Below are positions 39,494-52,509 of a stretch of 64,000 bases of DNA, piece by piece. This stretch comes from the human T2T-CHM13v2.0 reference genome, Homo sapiens: NCBI RefSeq assembly GCF_009914755.1, contig NC_060929.1, one strand, 5' to 3'. The notes below the pieces were generated by a model. The model had not been told where the DNA came from. It saw nothing but the letters and a program-made list of their open reading frames with translations, and did not search any database. Numbering within the stretch: position 1 is the stretch's first letter; each line of letters begins with the position of its first letter. Made by a program: the position numbers and the translations under genes.

Positions 39494-42027
39494 GTCTTAA
39501 TTTCTGTTTTAATACATTCTGCTTTTTGATAAAATAGTTAAGATGTATTAAATAGAAAGCAATATACACAGATCTGAATTTTGATAAGAGGACTCTACTT
39601 GATAGATACTTAGAGTCATCTTTGTATATACTGAGATAGGTTGAATTATCTCATCGAGTGGATGCAAAATTTCAAATAGAGTGACAGTAGCTGGAAATAG
39701 AGTGTAGATAGGAAAAATTGACAAATTCAAGGGATATTTAACTTAGAAAATAACCAGTAAATGTTGTTGGCTTGAATAAAAGTGGATAGAAACAGGAAAA
39801 TGTTGAATTTGGCTTCTAGGTTCTTAAACTTAAATAATTGTGATCATGTCATGTAATAAGATGGGGAACACTACCAGGAGACAAATAGGGGAATGGAAGT
39901 ACACGTTTTATTATGAACTTTTTATTTTTAAAGTGAATTGTGACTTCCAAGTGGAAATATCATACAGAGAGATAGACATATGAGTTTGAAGCTCAGATGA
40001 CAGTGTTTGGCTAGAAGTATAAATTTAAGATATCTCATAAAGGTGAAAATTAAATCTACTGAGATAAATGGTGTTTCTTATGGGAAGAATATTGAGGTCC
40101 GAAGAGTTGTATTCTATAGACAAGATTTCAAGTAACCAAAAAAAGATAACAAAACAAGAAAGAAAAAAGATCAAGAAGAGGCCAATAATGTAAGATGTAA
40201 ACCAAAAAGCCAAGAAGGATGGTTTCAAGGAGAGTGTGATCAGCTGTATGAACTGTTATAGAATTCAGTGTCTCATAAGTCACTGGTGATTTTAGCAAAT
40301 GTTTTGTGGTAGAAAGATAGGTGGAGTCCTAATTAAAGTGGGGAGAAGATTGAGTGATAAAAATATAGGTGCAGTAAGATGAACGACTGTTTGAATAAGT
40401 TGGCTGCATAAGATGAATATAGGCACATGTGATTGTTGCATAAGATGTGGAATAATTTAATTTTTGCTTGTTTCTTCTATTAAAAATAAACAAATCTTTA
40501 ACATGTAAACATATAAGAGAAGTAAAAATGTGCTAATAAGAAATAGAGGTAGAAAAAAGCAGCCAACGATGATGTTGCAAAAATAGGAGATGGTGATATT
40601 ACATAAAAAATAAAATATCCTTAAAGAAAAATATCAAATAAATGCAGATAAACACACAGGGAGCTATTGTAGTTGAGTAATAATTGTAGAAGGGTTTGAA
40701 TTTAAAAAAAAAAGATAAGGAAAAGACTTTTTTTCTTTGCTATAGAAGGCACTTCAACAAGTTTACAACCAAGGGAGTAGGGAAAAATGAATACAGAAAA
40801 ATGATAATATTTGTGGATATAGAACCTCAATCACAGAGGTAGATGTTGGCCTTAAATTGTATGGGAAACATGGGTTTTCATAAGGTCTGTGAAGGATATG
40901 AGGACGATGTTTACAAAAGTAACTGTAATGGTGTTTTACTAATTATTTTTATTTTAATTTATCCATTTGGAGAATTCTGTTTCTTTTTTATACTGTCATT
41001 ATTTGGCAAAATGCAAAAAGAAGAACCACATAGAAATAATTACTTCTTCACCTGTATCCAATGATAATCATTGCTACTGAATGCATTCATACACATATAG
41101 ACATTTTTAATTGATGATACATGCAATTTTTTAGACAATGTAGATTTTATTTATAAGTAATTTTTTCTACAAATTGTAATATAAATTATTTTACTATTGG
41201 ATTAGATATTTTTCAAAAGGATTACTTTCATGGCTGTTTCATATGCTATTGAATTTATATTACATAATCTATTGTTTCAATTTTCTTCAATTGGACTATG
41301 AACTGTTTTCGATGTTTACTATTCTGTATAATTGTAAAATAGACAACTTTAAAAATCAATATGCATTTTAAAAATGAGTAATATTTATAAAATATAAATG
41401 CACATTTTAAATTGTATATATATCAAGTTAATTCAAGTATTTCAAAATTGTGTTGATTTTCGAAGACTATATTTCAAATTTCAAATTTTTTTCCAGAAAG
41501 GTAATACCAAATGATCAACTAAGCTCAGTATGAGATTTTTCAATTCCATTTAAAAGCAAAAACATAAATTAACTTAGAGTTTTTCCAACTTCTTGTGTTA
41601 ATTGTTTTGTTTCCAATTATCTTTAGACTTTTTAATTCAGTTTCATGTGCTATATGTATTGTTTTTGTAAGAGAAATATCACCTTGTACTTAGAACAGTT
41701 TTTCTGTTTTAGCTAAATTTTATGTAATTTGTAATGATTTGTGTGAACTGTTATCTTTATAGATTATAGTTAATGTTTGTTTACTGTTTATAAATATGTC
41801 TCCAAAAGATATTTTCTACTTTTTAATTTTGTTTTACAGAGATTATCAAAATTTATTTTAACATTTAATTTTTTATTTCTTTATAGGTTATTCTCTTATT
41901 TCCTGTTTAGATTGACAATCATAATTCTATGCAAATAATATATCATAATATGATTATATGGTTTACTGTGTTGCCTTTTTCAGATCTAACTTTTTAGTTC
42001 CAACGGAGTTTTTTTTAGTTGTCCCAA

Positions 42028-43021
42028 TTTTTTTTGTAATTTCAGCTTTTATTTTAGATACAGGTGGCACATGTGTAGGATTGTTACATATTTTAACTAG
42101 GCCAGGCAGTTAGCATAGTAACCAATAGGTTACATTTTCAACTCACACTCCCCTTCTCCCCCCCTTAAGTATTGTGCAATGCTGATTGTTCCCTGGTTTA
42201 TGACACTGTGTGCTCAATGTTTAGCTCTCACTTATAGTAAGAACATGTGATTTTTGGTTTTCTGTTCTTGCATTAATATGCTTAAGATTATGACCTCCAG
42301 CTTCATCCACGTTGCTGCAAAGGACATTATTTCATTTTTTGTGGCTGTCTAGTATTCCGTGGTGTATATGCATTACAGTTTCTTAATCCAGTCCAGCATT
42401 GGGAGGCACCTGAGAAGATTCCATGTCTTTGCTATTTTGAATAGTGCTGCAATGAACATATTCATGCATGTGTCTTTATAAAAGAATAATTTATATTCCT
42501 TTGGGTATATACCTAGTAATGAGATTACTGGGTCAAATGGTAGCTCTGCTTTAACAAAAATTGACAGGTGGAACCTAATTAAACTAAAGAGCTTCTGCAC
42601 AGGAAAAGAAACCATCAACACAGTCAACAGACAACCTACAGAATGGTAGAAAATATTTGAAACTATGCATCCAACGAAGATCTAATATCCAGAGTCTATG
42701 AGGAGCTGAAACAATTTAACCAAATAAAATAACCCCATTTAAAAATGGGCAAAGGACATGAACAGACACTTATCAAAAGAAGATATACAAACAGCCAACA
42801 AATATAAGAAAAATGCTCATCATCACTAATCATCAGAGAAATGCAAAACAAAATTACAATGAGATATTGTCCACAATAGTCTGAATTGCTATTATTAAAA
42901 AGTCAAAAAACACCAGATACTAGCAATGCTACAGAGAAAAGGGAACACTTATACACTGTTGTTGGGAATGTAATTTAGCTCAGCCAATGTGGAGAACAGT
43001 TTGGAGATTTCTCAAAGAACT
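42028..43021 (-). mobile_element. 5'-inverted (twin-primed) L1, L1PA15/16-like
   Basis: 42028-42554 is the antisense 3' end. 42555-43021 is the sense-oriented upstream ORF2 piece. Confidence 0.9.
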
Positions 43022-43642
43022 AATAGATTTTTAATAAAAATTCTGAATTTATGAGTTAACTTTAGAAATACATATTTTTAATAATTTATATATATTCATT
43101 TGTACACATACATCGTTCTCAGATAAGTATTGTATTTCCCGTGATTAATCATATTAAACACTTTATATTACTGGGCTCTCTGTTATGCCCATATATGAGT
43201 TGCTTCCATGTTGATTTGATTCTTTTGACTTCCAAAAATATAAAGCTCTTTGTATATCCTTGTTATTTTTATTTCTTAAATTTCAATCTTTAAAAAAATT
43301 TGGTTTCAGATGTGACAGATGAAATTTGTTACTTTTGGTTCAGCTTTGAAAACATTTTTAATATATTATTTTAATCAATACATTTGTTAGATATTGATAT
43401 CTAAGATATGTAATTTTTCATTAAATAATATATACTTCTGAATTTACTCTTAACATTTTATATAATTATGTATTTTAATGTATTTCTTAAATAGCAATAT
43501 CTATATCAACAAATTTGATATAAATGTTATGCATTTATACATGCAATTAGTTCCTACACTTAGATTGCTGTCAAGATATTTTTTACACTAAATGTGCTAT
43601 TTTGAACATCTTTTTTACATTATGCTTGCTATCACTGCTTTA

Positions 43643-44065
43643 TGTGACACAGTGATTGCTAAAGGTACTCTCCCCAAGACCCCTTCACCAGACATGTACG
43701 CCAACCTGCTAGCCTCTGGGAGTGATGGCTACCAAAACTCACAGTTGATTACTTCTCTTGAATGAATGACTGAATAGGAGCACCTTACCCAAAATGGTAG
43801 CTTGTGGTCACTGACTAACTGATGAAATGACAGGCTCAATTACCTCAATTGGAGCCATCTCTGTGGTTGAACTTGTGCTTCAGATATTATAGAGGGAGGG
43901 GGCTAAATTTAGTCTCCAGCCAAAGGCCCATTCATGGTTAGCTTTGTTACCCTACTCTCTCCTGCTTCCTGTACTTCCAGTGTCTGGAAAGCATTCTCTC
44001 AATCACTTTAGCAAGAATGTCCCTCTCAGACTCTGGGGTGTTTCTAAGGAAATTAACCTAAAATA
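43643..44065 (+). mobile_element. LTR16-like LTR (ERVL), probable 5' LTR
   Basis: TG start, ends CTCTCAGACTCTG...AACCTAAAATA, immediately followed by GCTGGTACCAGGA (ERVL internal start). Confidence 0.7.
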
Positions 44066-44159
44066 GCTGGTACCAGGACTTAGTGCCTGGCATGCTGTAG
44101 CAGTATTATTGTTAACACCTTTACCCACAAGGAGGCAAACATATACAAGGGAAATGCTG

Positions 44160-44865
44160 AAGGCTGGGTTCCTACTCAGTTGAGTGTAAAGGGATTCACA
44201 TGTTGAAAGTTTATTAGGGGATGTGTGGGATCAACAACTTTGGAACAGAGGAGAGGAGAAGAAAGCAAGCTGAATTTGGCAGAAGGAAGAATTAGTCAGC
44301 AATAACTAATACCACCTGTTGTAATCACTCCAAGGCATCTACTGCCCCTTTGAGGATCTCTGAAAATGGGATAACCCATCAAAGTACTCCAAAGTTGGAG
44401 CCAAGAAATGCCGGGCTATTGTATTAGTCTTCTCAAGCTGTCATAATAAAACTACACAGACTGGTTGGCTTAAACAAAAATTAATTTTCTTACAGTTGTG
44501 GAGTCTTAAAAACCAAGATCGAGGTACCAGCAAAGTTCCTTTCTCCTGAGGCCTCTCCTCTTGGCTTGTAGATGGGCATCTTCTCACTGTGTCTTCACAT
44601 GGTCTTTATTCTGTTTGCATACATCACTGGTATCTTATTCTATTCTTACAAATACACCAGTCCTGTTGGATTAGGGCCCCACCTTTATGATCTCATGTCA
44701 CTGTTATTACCGTCTTAAAAGCCCTGTCTCCAGATACAGTCACACTAGGAGTTAGGTCTTCAGCAAATAGGCTTTGGGGGGAGATAGGGCACTACTAAGT
44801 CCATACCAGCTGTTATATCTTAGCATTAATCAGTCAATGCATTTGGTTTGTCCTGGGAAGTGATA
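44160..44865 (-). mobile_element. LTR33-like LTR split by MLT1B
   Basis: AAGTTTATTAGGGG...GGGATCAACA...TTGGCAGAAGGAAGAA on the left, resumes TTATATC...ATCAGTCAATG...CTGGGAAG on the right. Confidence 0.65.
44420..44808 (-). mobile_element. MLT1B-like solo LTR
   Basis: TGTATTAGTC...AGTCCATACCA with TGGATTAGGGCCCCACC block, TSD GCTAT/GCTGT. Confidence 0.88.
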
Positions 44866-44894
44866 AAGCCTTTAGTCTGAATGACACTCTTTAG

Positions 44895-46155
44895 CTCAAT
44901 TGGTTATTCCTCGAATTCATGAATATATAAATGGAGTGAAGAATGTTAGCAATTGGCAAAGTCCTCATATTGATATATTTGCCCTTTAGAATATGATGTA
45001 TTGTGGTAGGAAAATCCAAATAAAATAATTTAAGGCTACGTTGTCACCATTGGGGTAGAAAATCAAAACCAAAATTATGTCTCAGAGACAATGGCATATT
45101 AATGCCACCTTCAAAGACTTGTAAAGACACAAGAGTAGGAACATTCCTTGAGAATAATATTAGCAACTTGGTTACAAGCTGATTACATCAGACAATGATT
45201 CCTCCTTACTTGAGTTGATGCACAGTGCAGATATTGGTTTGCCTTCTTTGCCTAGAGGACTTCATTAAGCACTTCTGCTTGAGGGAATCACAGATTTATC
45301 TGATCTACTGTTATTAAACCCCACAACTATAACTTCTGACCAATTGACCTGCCTTTCACAATAGACAGCATCCACCATCTACTAGGCAGGTGAACATTAG
45401 TACGCAAGTTCCACTGTGTGTGTTCCAACACAGAGAAATTACATACATGATTCTTGGAACCAATAAATCAGAAGTAAGCATGGCTCTATTCTGCATTACT
45501 GTCAATGACACATTTAGAAATTTTTTGTTTCTCAATTCCAACAAATATAGACTGTTTTATCCAAAAAGCTCAGGTCTCAGATGAACCCATTTCTCCAGGG
45601 GATAGTGCAAGAGTACCAGTAAATTTAAATGTATGGCTGCAGCGTTGTCTGGACGATTTCTCACATCCTTGTAACAGAAAGCGCAGAAACAAATTTCCAT
45701 ATTAGCAAGACTAATGGAACCTGATCATCATAAGGATGTGTGGTAATTATTTAATAGGTACAAGTATAAATATATTTGGCATTTGAGTCATTCACATGTG
45801 TATCTCTTGATGCACATGCACAACTTTAAAGGGGAAATAGACATAGAAACCATTAGAATAAGATGCTGTGTTATCACTCCAGGCAAACCTCTTCAGTTAA
45901 AGAAATATTGGCTTGGTGGAAGGGTAGGGAGTCATGAATGAGTGACAGAGAAAGGGCATGATGAATATCATTTTGAACTCAAGTTCAACTGCTGTTGAGA
46001 AGATTACTTAATCTCATCAATTCACATCTCATAAGTTTATTTTTTTTCTGCAAGTTGTGACTGAAAATAACTCTGCTGAATCTCTGTCTGAATATAGTAA
46101 ACAAGATAAATAGTAAATAAATCTGAGCAAGGTCAAGGGTTGATATAGTGAATGC
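44895..46155 (+). mobile_element. Deleted ERVL internal region (pro/pol, integrase and dUTPase-like remnants)
   Basis: AGCAATTGGCAAAGTCCTCATATT (SNWQSPHI), AATGCCACCTTCAAAGACTTG (NATFKDL) and GGTTTGCCTTC resemble ERVL pol. No open frame. Confidence 0.65.
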
Positions 46156-46378
46156 TGTAGTGACCATGCCCAGATCTCCTGTTGAGGCTGGTTCATCTAT
46201 CCTCCAACTGTTGTAAAAAGTGTATGGTGATGATTTATAATTGCATAATGGCTTACTCCTCCAGTAAGAACCATCCTATATAGAAGGTATCTTGCCTGAG
46301 AGATTAGTCACCAACAACCAGCCAGTGGTGAATAAATGAATTAATAAATTACTTTCATGAGAGTACAAAGGGCCCATA
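46156..46378 (+). mobile_element. Partial LTR16-like LTR (possible 3' LTR)
   Basis: TGTAGTGACCATGCCCAGATCTCC...CAGCCAGTGG...GAGTACAAAGGGCC. Confidence 0.5.
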
Positions 46379-47879
46379 CTACAAATGAGTAAATATGTAA
46401 GTATGTAAAATTCATAAAAAATTTCTGGGATATATAAGTAATTATTCCCTGGTACATAAATAATAACACTATCTTTGAATGTGGAAAGGTGAAATATGTT
46501 ATGGCAATCATCAAACACATCAACCACAGTTTTTCTCACTTTAAGTGACACAGTTCATGGGCTTCCCAGATGAGTTCTCATGACTATTTCTATCCCAATG
46601 CACACACTTTTTTAATAGGCTGAACATAACTTTTATGATGAAATCAACTTCATCTTAGAAATCAGTGAATTATTTAAAACATAACCTATTAGAAAGATCT
46701 GAAGAACATCACTATAAATCACACAATTGATTGCAAGTTTATTTTTTGTAACTTAGTACTACTGCATATATTAAAATCAGATTGGCTAAAGTCAAAATAC
46801 ATTATAAAATGGAAATATATTTATGTATTAACAAGTATTTTACACACTCGGAAAAATACTATTAGTATTAGAATTGAAGAAATAATGAGCTGGGTTCCCT
46901 AGAGTTCTGGAAAGAAAATGAGATTTAAGGGTCAAATAGTCTTTACTTACCTCCTGAGAAAGTTTTGTATCTTTCAATGTTATACAGTGTAAATATCAAA
47001 CTCAAATTTAGAAAAAATAACAATATTTAGGCTACTATTAAAAATAGTAAATTACAAGAATGAATTGAGACACTTATTTGAAAAACAAAATATATTGAGT
47101 TGTTTTCTTCTGTAAATATTATTGTGAGATTATAAAATGTATAAATATTATTCTTATATAAAATGGTCAAATTACTACGTTTAACCCTAAAAATATAAAA
47201 TTAAATTTGTAAATATGAATAAAATTTCTAACATATAGCAAAAGAATACTGAATTTTTTAACCTTTTACAATATAACTAGACAAACAAAAATTAGCATAA
47301 AATGCATTAAGGAATTATATATTTTGAGATTCTTCACATCATCTCTCTGATAGTTGCAATCTATATCTGCATTTGAAATACCAATTAAGTAAACTAATTA
47401 ATACATTCACATAGTCAAATTACCATTGAATTTGTGATCTTGAGAGTCTAAATATATATTGACTACAATAAAATGCAAATTAATTTTAAATCTGTGAAAA
47501 GCGATACTTAAAATAGTACACTAAACTGTGAGTTTAAAAGGAATAAGGATTATGAATTATTTCAAGAATGCAATGGAGAGCAAATTCACTTATTCTGCTG
47601 AACAACAGAATCATTAAAATGTTCATTCATCCTGCATTCAAAGCATGTTTGCTGAATTGTCACAGCTGACAGCATGCCAATAGTATAATCATACTGTTGT
47701 TAGCATTTGAAAAACTGACAGGTGACTTTCTTAATAGCCACTGCCCAACCCTTCTACAAGTGCCCTTCTCCAACACCCAGAGTTTACCCCAGGCCCTCAA
47801 ACTTCCTACAACTAAAGGCTTACTTCTCGGTAAAATAGGTGGTCTTGAAGACACTATCTCAACTCTGTGGCATCTATCT

Positions 47880-48376
47880 ACTGTGAATAGTAAATAGCAG
47901 TGGCCATACTGGCTTGAAATATTTTGGATACTATTGTGAATTTGTATTTGAGTCAACTCAAATTATTCTAGACCACAGTGATTTTATTCAAGATACTAAA
48001 GGTGGAGGTGAAACAGCAGACCCAGACTTTTATACTAATAAAGTCAGGGGAGGGCACTGGAGTCATTGCTTACCAGCTAATTATCCCTTAACTGCTATCT
48101 GCTGCTGGATTGAGGCAGCAACCAGGACCAAAGCTTTAGCTCGTGGTGGATTTCTTCCTTAAGATTTTTCAAATCCTGGTCCAAGTATGTGTTTTGCTTT
48201 ATGGTGAAAGGCATTAGCCTGTCATTTAGAACAAACACCTTGATCACTGAAGTTGAAAGGAATCCAGACAATGAGAGACTGAGACAGGCTTTCCTTGTGG
48301 GTTACAGTACATCTTCACTGGTTCTGGTTTTTCTGTGCTTCGTCTACTTCATGTTCATCTTTTCTTCCTGATAGCC
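47880..48376 (-). mobile_element. ERVL-like internal fragment (gag/pro)
   Basis: GACCACAGTGATTTT and the surrounding sequence resemble antisense ERVL pro. Highly decayed. Confidence 0.4.
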
Positions 48377-50587
48377 TATATTAGTTTGTTTTCACACTGT
48401 TATAAAGAAATACCCTTGTATTAGTCCATTTTTATGCTGCTGATAAAGACATACCCAAGAGTAGACACTACACAAAAGAAAGAGGTTTAATGGACTTACC
48501 ATTCTACATGGCTGTCAAGGCCTCACAATCATGGCAGTAGGCAAGGAGGAGCAAGCCATGTCTTATATGGATGGCAGCAGGGCAAGAGAGCTTGTGCAGG
48601 GAAACTCCCCTTTTTAAAACCATCAGATCACTTGAGACTTACTCACTACCATGAGAATAGTATGAGGGAAAACACCCCCATGATTCAATTGTCTCCCACT
48701 GGGTTTCTCCCACAACACATGGGAGCTCTGAGAAGAAGGCCACCATCCTCCAGACTCCAGAATGGTAGATCAACACACAGCTTTCACTGTGCACCTGGAA
48801 AAGCTACAGCCACTCATCACCAGCCCATAAAAGCAGCCAGGAGAGGGGCTATACCCTGCAAAGCACTAGACAGTGCACCAGGAGGGACTCTCTTTGGGGC
48901 CTCTGACCCCATGTATCCCTCCCACACTGCACTAGCAAAGATTCTCCAAGAGGGTCCTGCCCCTGCAGCAAACTGCCTGGGCATCCAGGTGTTTCTGTAC
49001 ATCCTCTGAAATCTAGGCGGAGGTTCCCAAATCTCAATTCTTGACTACTGTTCACCCGCAAGCTCTAAACCATGTGGAAGCAGCCGAGGCTTGGGGCTTC
49101 CACCCTCTGAAGCAACAGCCCAAGCTGTACCTTGTCCCCTTTTAGTCACAGCTGAAGCCACTCAATGCAGGGAACCAAGTCCCTAGGCTGCACACAGCAC
49201 AGGGACCCAGGGCCCAACCTATAAAACCATGTTTTCCTCCTAAAACTATGGGCCTGTGATGGGAGGGGCTGCTGTGAAGACCTCTGACATGGCCTGGAGA
49301 CATTTTCCCCATTGTCTTGGTGATTAACATTTGGCTCCTTGTTACTTATGCAAATTTCTGCAGTTAGCTTAAATTTCCCCTCAGAAAATGAGATTTTATT
49401 TTCTATCACATTGCCAGGCTGCAAATTTTCAAAACTTTTATGCTCTGTTTATGCTCTGTTTCCCTTTTAAAACTGAATGCCTTTAACAGCAACCAAGTCA
49501 CCTCTTGAATATTTTGCTGCTTAGAAATTTCTTCTGCCAGATACCCTAAATCATCTCTCTCAAGTTCAAAGTTCTGCAAATCTCCAGGGCAGGGGCAAAA
49601 TACCACCAATCCCTTTGAAAAAACAACAAGAGTCACCAGTTCCCAACAAGTTCCCAACAAGTTCCACATCTCCATCTGAGACCACCTCAGCCTGGATTTC
49701 ATTGTCCATATCATTATCAGCATTTTTGTTAAAGTCATTCAACAAGTCTCTAGGGAATTCCAAACTTTCCCTCATTTTTCTATTGTCTTCTGAGCCCTCC
49801 AAAGTGTTCCAACCTCTGCCTGTTATCCAGTTCCAAAGTTACTTCCACATTTTCAGGTATCTTTTCAGGAGTGCCCCACTCTACTGGTACCAATTTACTG
49901 TATTAGTTCATTTTCATGCTGCTGATAAAACATACCCGAGACTTGCCTATTTACAAAAAAAAAGAGGTTTAATGGACTCCCCCTCCACAAGGCTGGGGAG
50001 GCCTCACAATCTTGGCAGAAAGCAAGGAGAAGCAAGTCATGCCTTACACAGATGGCAGCAGGGAAAGAGAGCTTGTGCAGGAAAACTCTCTTTTAAAAAA
50101 AAATCAGATTTCGTGAGACTCATTCACTACCACGAGAACAGTACGGGGGAACCACCCCCATGATTCAATTATCTCCCACCAGGTCCCTCCCACGACATGT
50201 TGGAATTATGGGAACTACAAGATAAGATTTGGGTGAGGAGACAGAGCAAAATCATATCAACCCTAGACTGGGTAATTTATAAAGGAAAGAGGTTTAATTG
50301 GCTCTCCGTTTAGCATGGCTGGGGAGTCTTCAGGAAACTTACAATCATGGCAGAAGGGGAAGCAGGTACCTTCTTCACAAGACAGCAGGAAAGATAAGCA
50401 AGAAAGAGCAGGGAAAACTGCCTTGTAAAATCATCACATTTTGTGAGAACTCACTCACCATCACAAGAACAGCATGGAGGAAACCTCCGCCATAATCCAA
50501 CTGCTTCCTTCCAGGTCTCTCCCTAAACACCTGGGAATTACAATTCTAGATGAGATTTGGGTGGGGACACAAAGCCTAACCATATTA
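48377..50587 (-). mobile_element. THE1D/MSTA-like solo LTR (48377-48416 plus 50260-50587), host of a nested THE1
   Basis: TATATTAGTTTGTTTTCACACTGTTATAAAGAAATACCCT continues as AGACTGGGTAATTTATAAAGG after the insertion, ending CCATATTA. Confidence 0.9.
48417..50259 (-). mobile_element. THE1A/B provirus: LTR, rearranged internal region, LTR
   Basis: LTRs at 48417-~48727 (truncated) and 49899-50259. THE1-int ORF remnants (ELPRDLLN-like, LERDDLGYLAEEISKQQ). Perfect TSD ACCCT at 48412-48416 / 50260-50264. Confidence 0.93.
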
Positions 50588-51016
50588 ATGCCCTTCTAAC
50601 CTTAGGATATAGATCCAGATATAGAAGCAACAGTCCTACCTAAACTTTGTAGTCATCCCTCATGATGTCTGTAGTAAATCCTTTCATATGTACTCTATAG
50701 TGAGTTTTGCTTTTCTAATTAATGCACTGATATGGAATTTAGAACCAGAAGTGTGTCTAGAGGAACAGAACCTTAAGAATGGCTTATTGGATTTGGATAT
50801 GATTTATCTGAAATGACTTATCTTGTATGATTCAATTTTAAGACATTATGACAGTATTTCTGAGGGTAAAGGGAGTGCTAGTAGTTCACAGAATGGCAAA
50901 ACTTAGAAAGTGTCAAAACAATGACTTAAAATACTACTTTTTGACATTGGTAATTACTTGTGCATAAAAGGCAAGTTATCAGGTGATAAGTTGATAGGTT
51001 ATATAAAAGGATATGG

Positions 51017-51179
51017 TGCTGGGTATAATGGCTGTCGCCTGTAGTCTGGCACTTTGGGAGGCTGAGGCAGAAGGATCCTTTGAGCCCAGGAATTTGAGTT
51101 TACAGTGAGCTGTGATCATGCCACTGCAATCCAGCTTGGGTAAAAAAGTGAGACCTTTTTCCTAAATTTGAAAAAAAAA
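51017..51179 (+). mobile_element. Alu monomer (FRAM/FAM-like)
   Basis: Single arm GCACTTTGGGAGGCTGAGGCAGAAGGATC...CAGTGAGCTGTGATCATGCCACTGC with an A tail. Confidence 0.85.
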
Positions 51180-51673
51180 TGATGGCAATAAAAGATACAA
51201 TGGGGTTAGATGATTGCTTCAAAATACAATAAAAGACTTGGGGTATAAAATAATGAGTTCATGGCTTTAACTACAAAGCCCCAGATTTTGCTCCTGTGAA
51301 TACATAAAGAGAAACCCTCAGCTCTTGCATGTTAGGGGTTCCTGAAAACAAAATCCAGAATCTAATCCTGTTTGGGTCTGAGCTATAGCACAAAAGGAAT
51401 TTCAAAATGCTTAAGGTCTCTTACGTTAAAATAGAGCATTAATTTTATAAGAGTAAAGCCTTGAAAAATGGGATGGGTATGTAGGTAAATTCAAATGAAA
51501 CCAAAGAACTTAAGCTTATAAACTATTCTGATTTTATTTCACCAGTTAAAGCATCTCTTTGATGATTACCCTCTATGATCTTAATCTTCCTTTGTCTGCA
51601 AAAAAAATATAATAACTTTCCGTAAAATAATTGCTTTGTAAAACACTGATGATCCTTTGCAGGATTTATCCCC

Positions 51674-52509
<836 letters not shown>

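Noticed and set aside
49436-49667. 11-bp tandem duplications TTTATGCTCTG and AGTTCCCAACA
   Set aside because: Ordinary slippage within THE1 internal sequence.
48632-50495. ORFs of 60-182 aa in THE1/MST sequence
   Set aside because: Fragments of the decayed MaLR internal ORF or antisense read-through. No intact frame.
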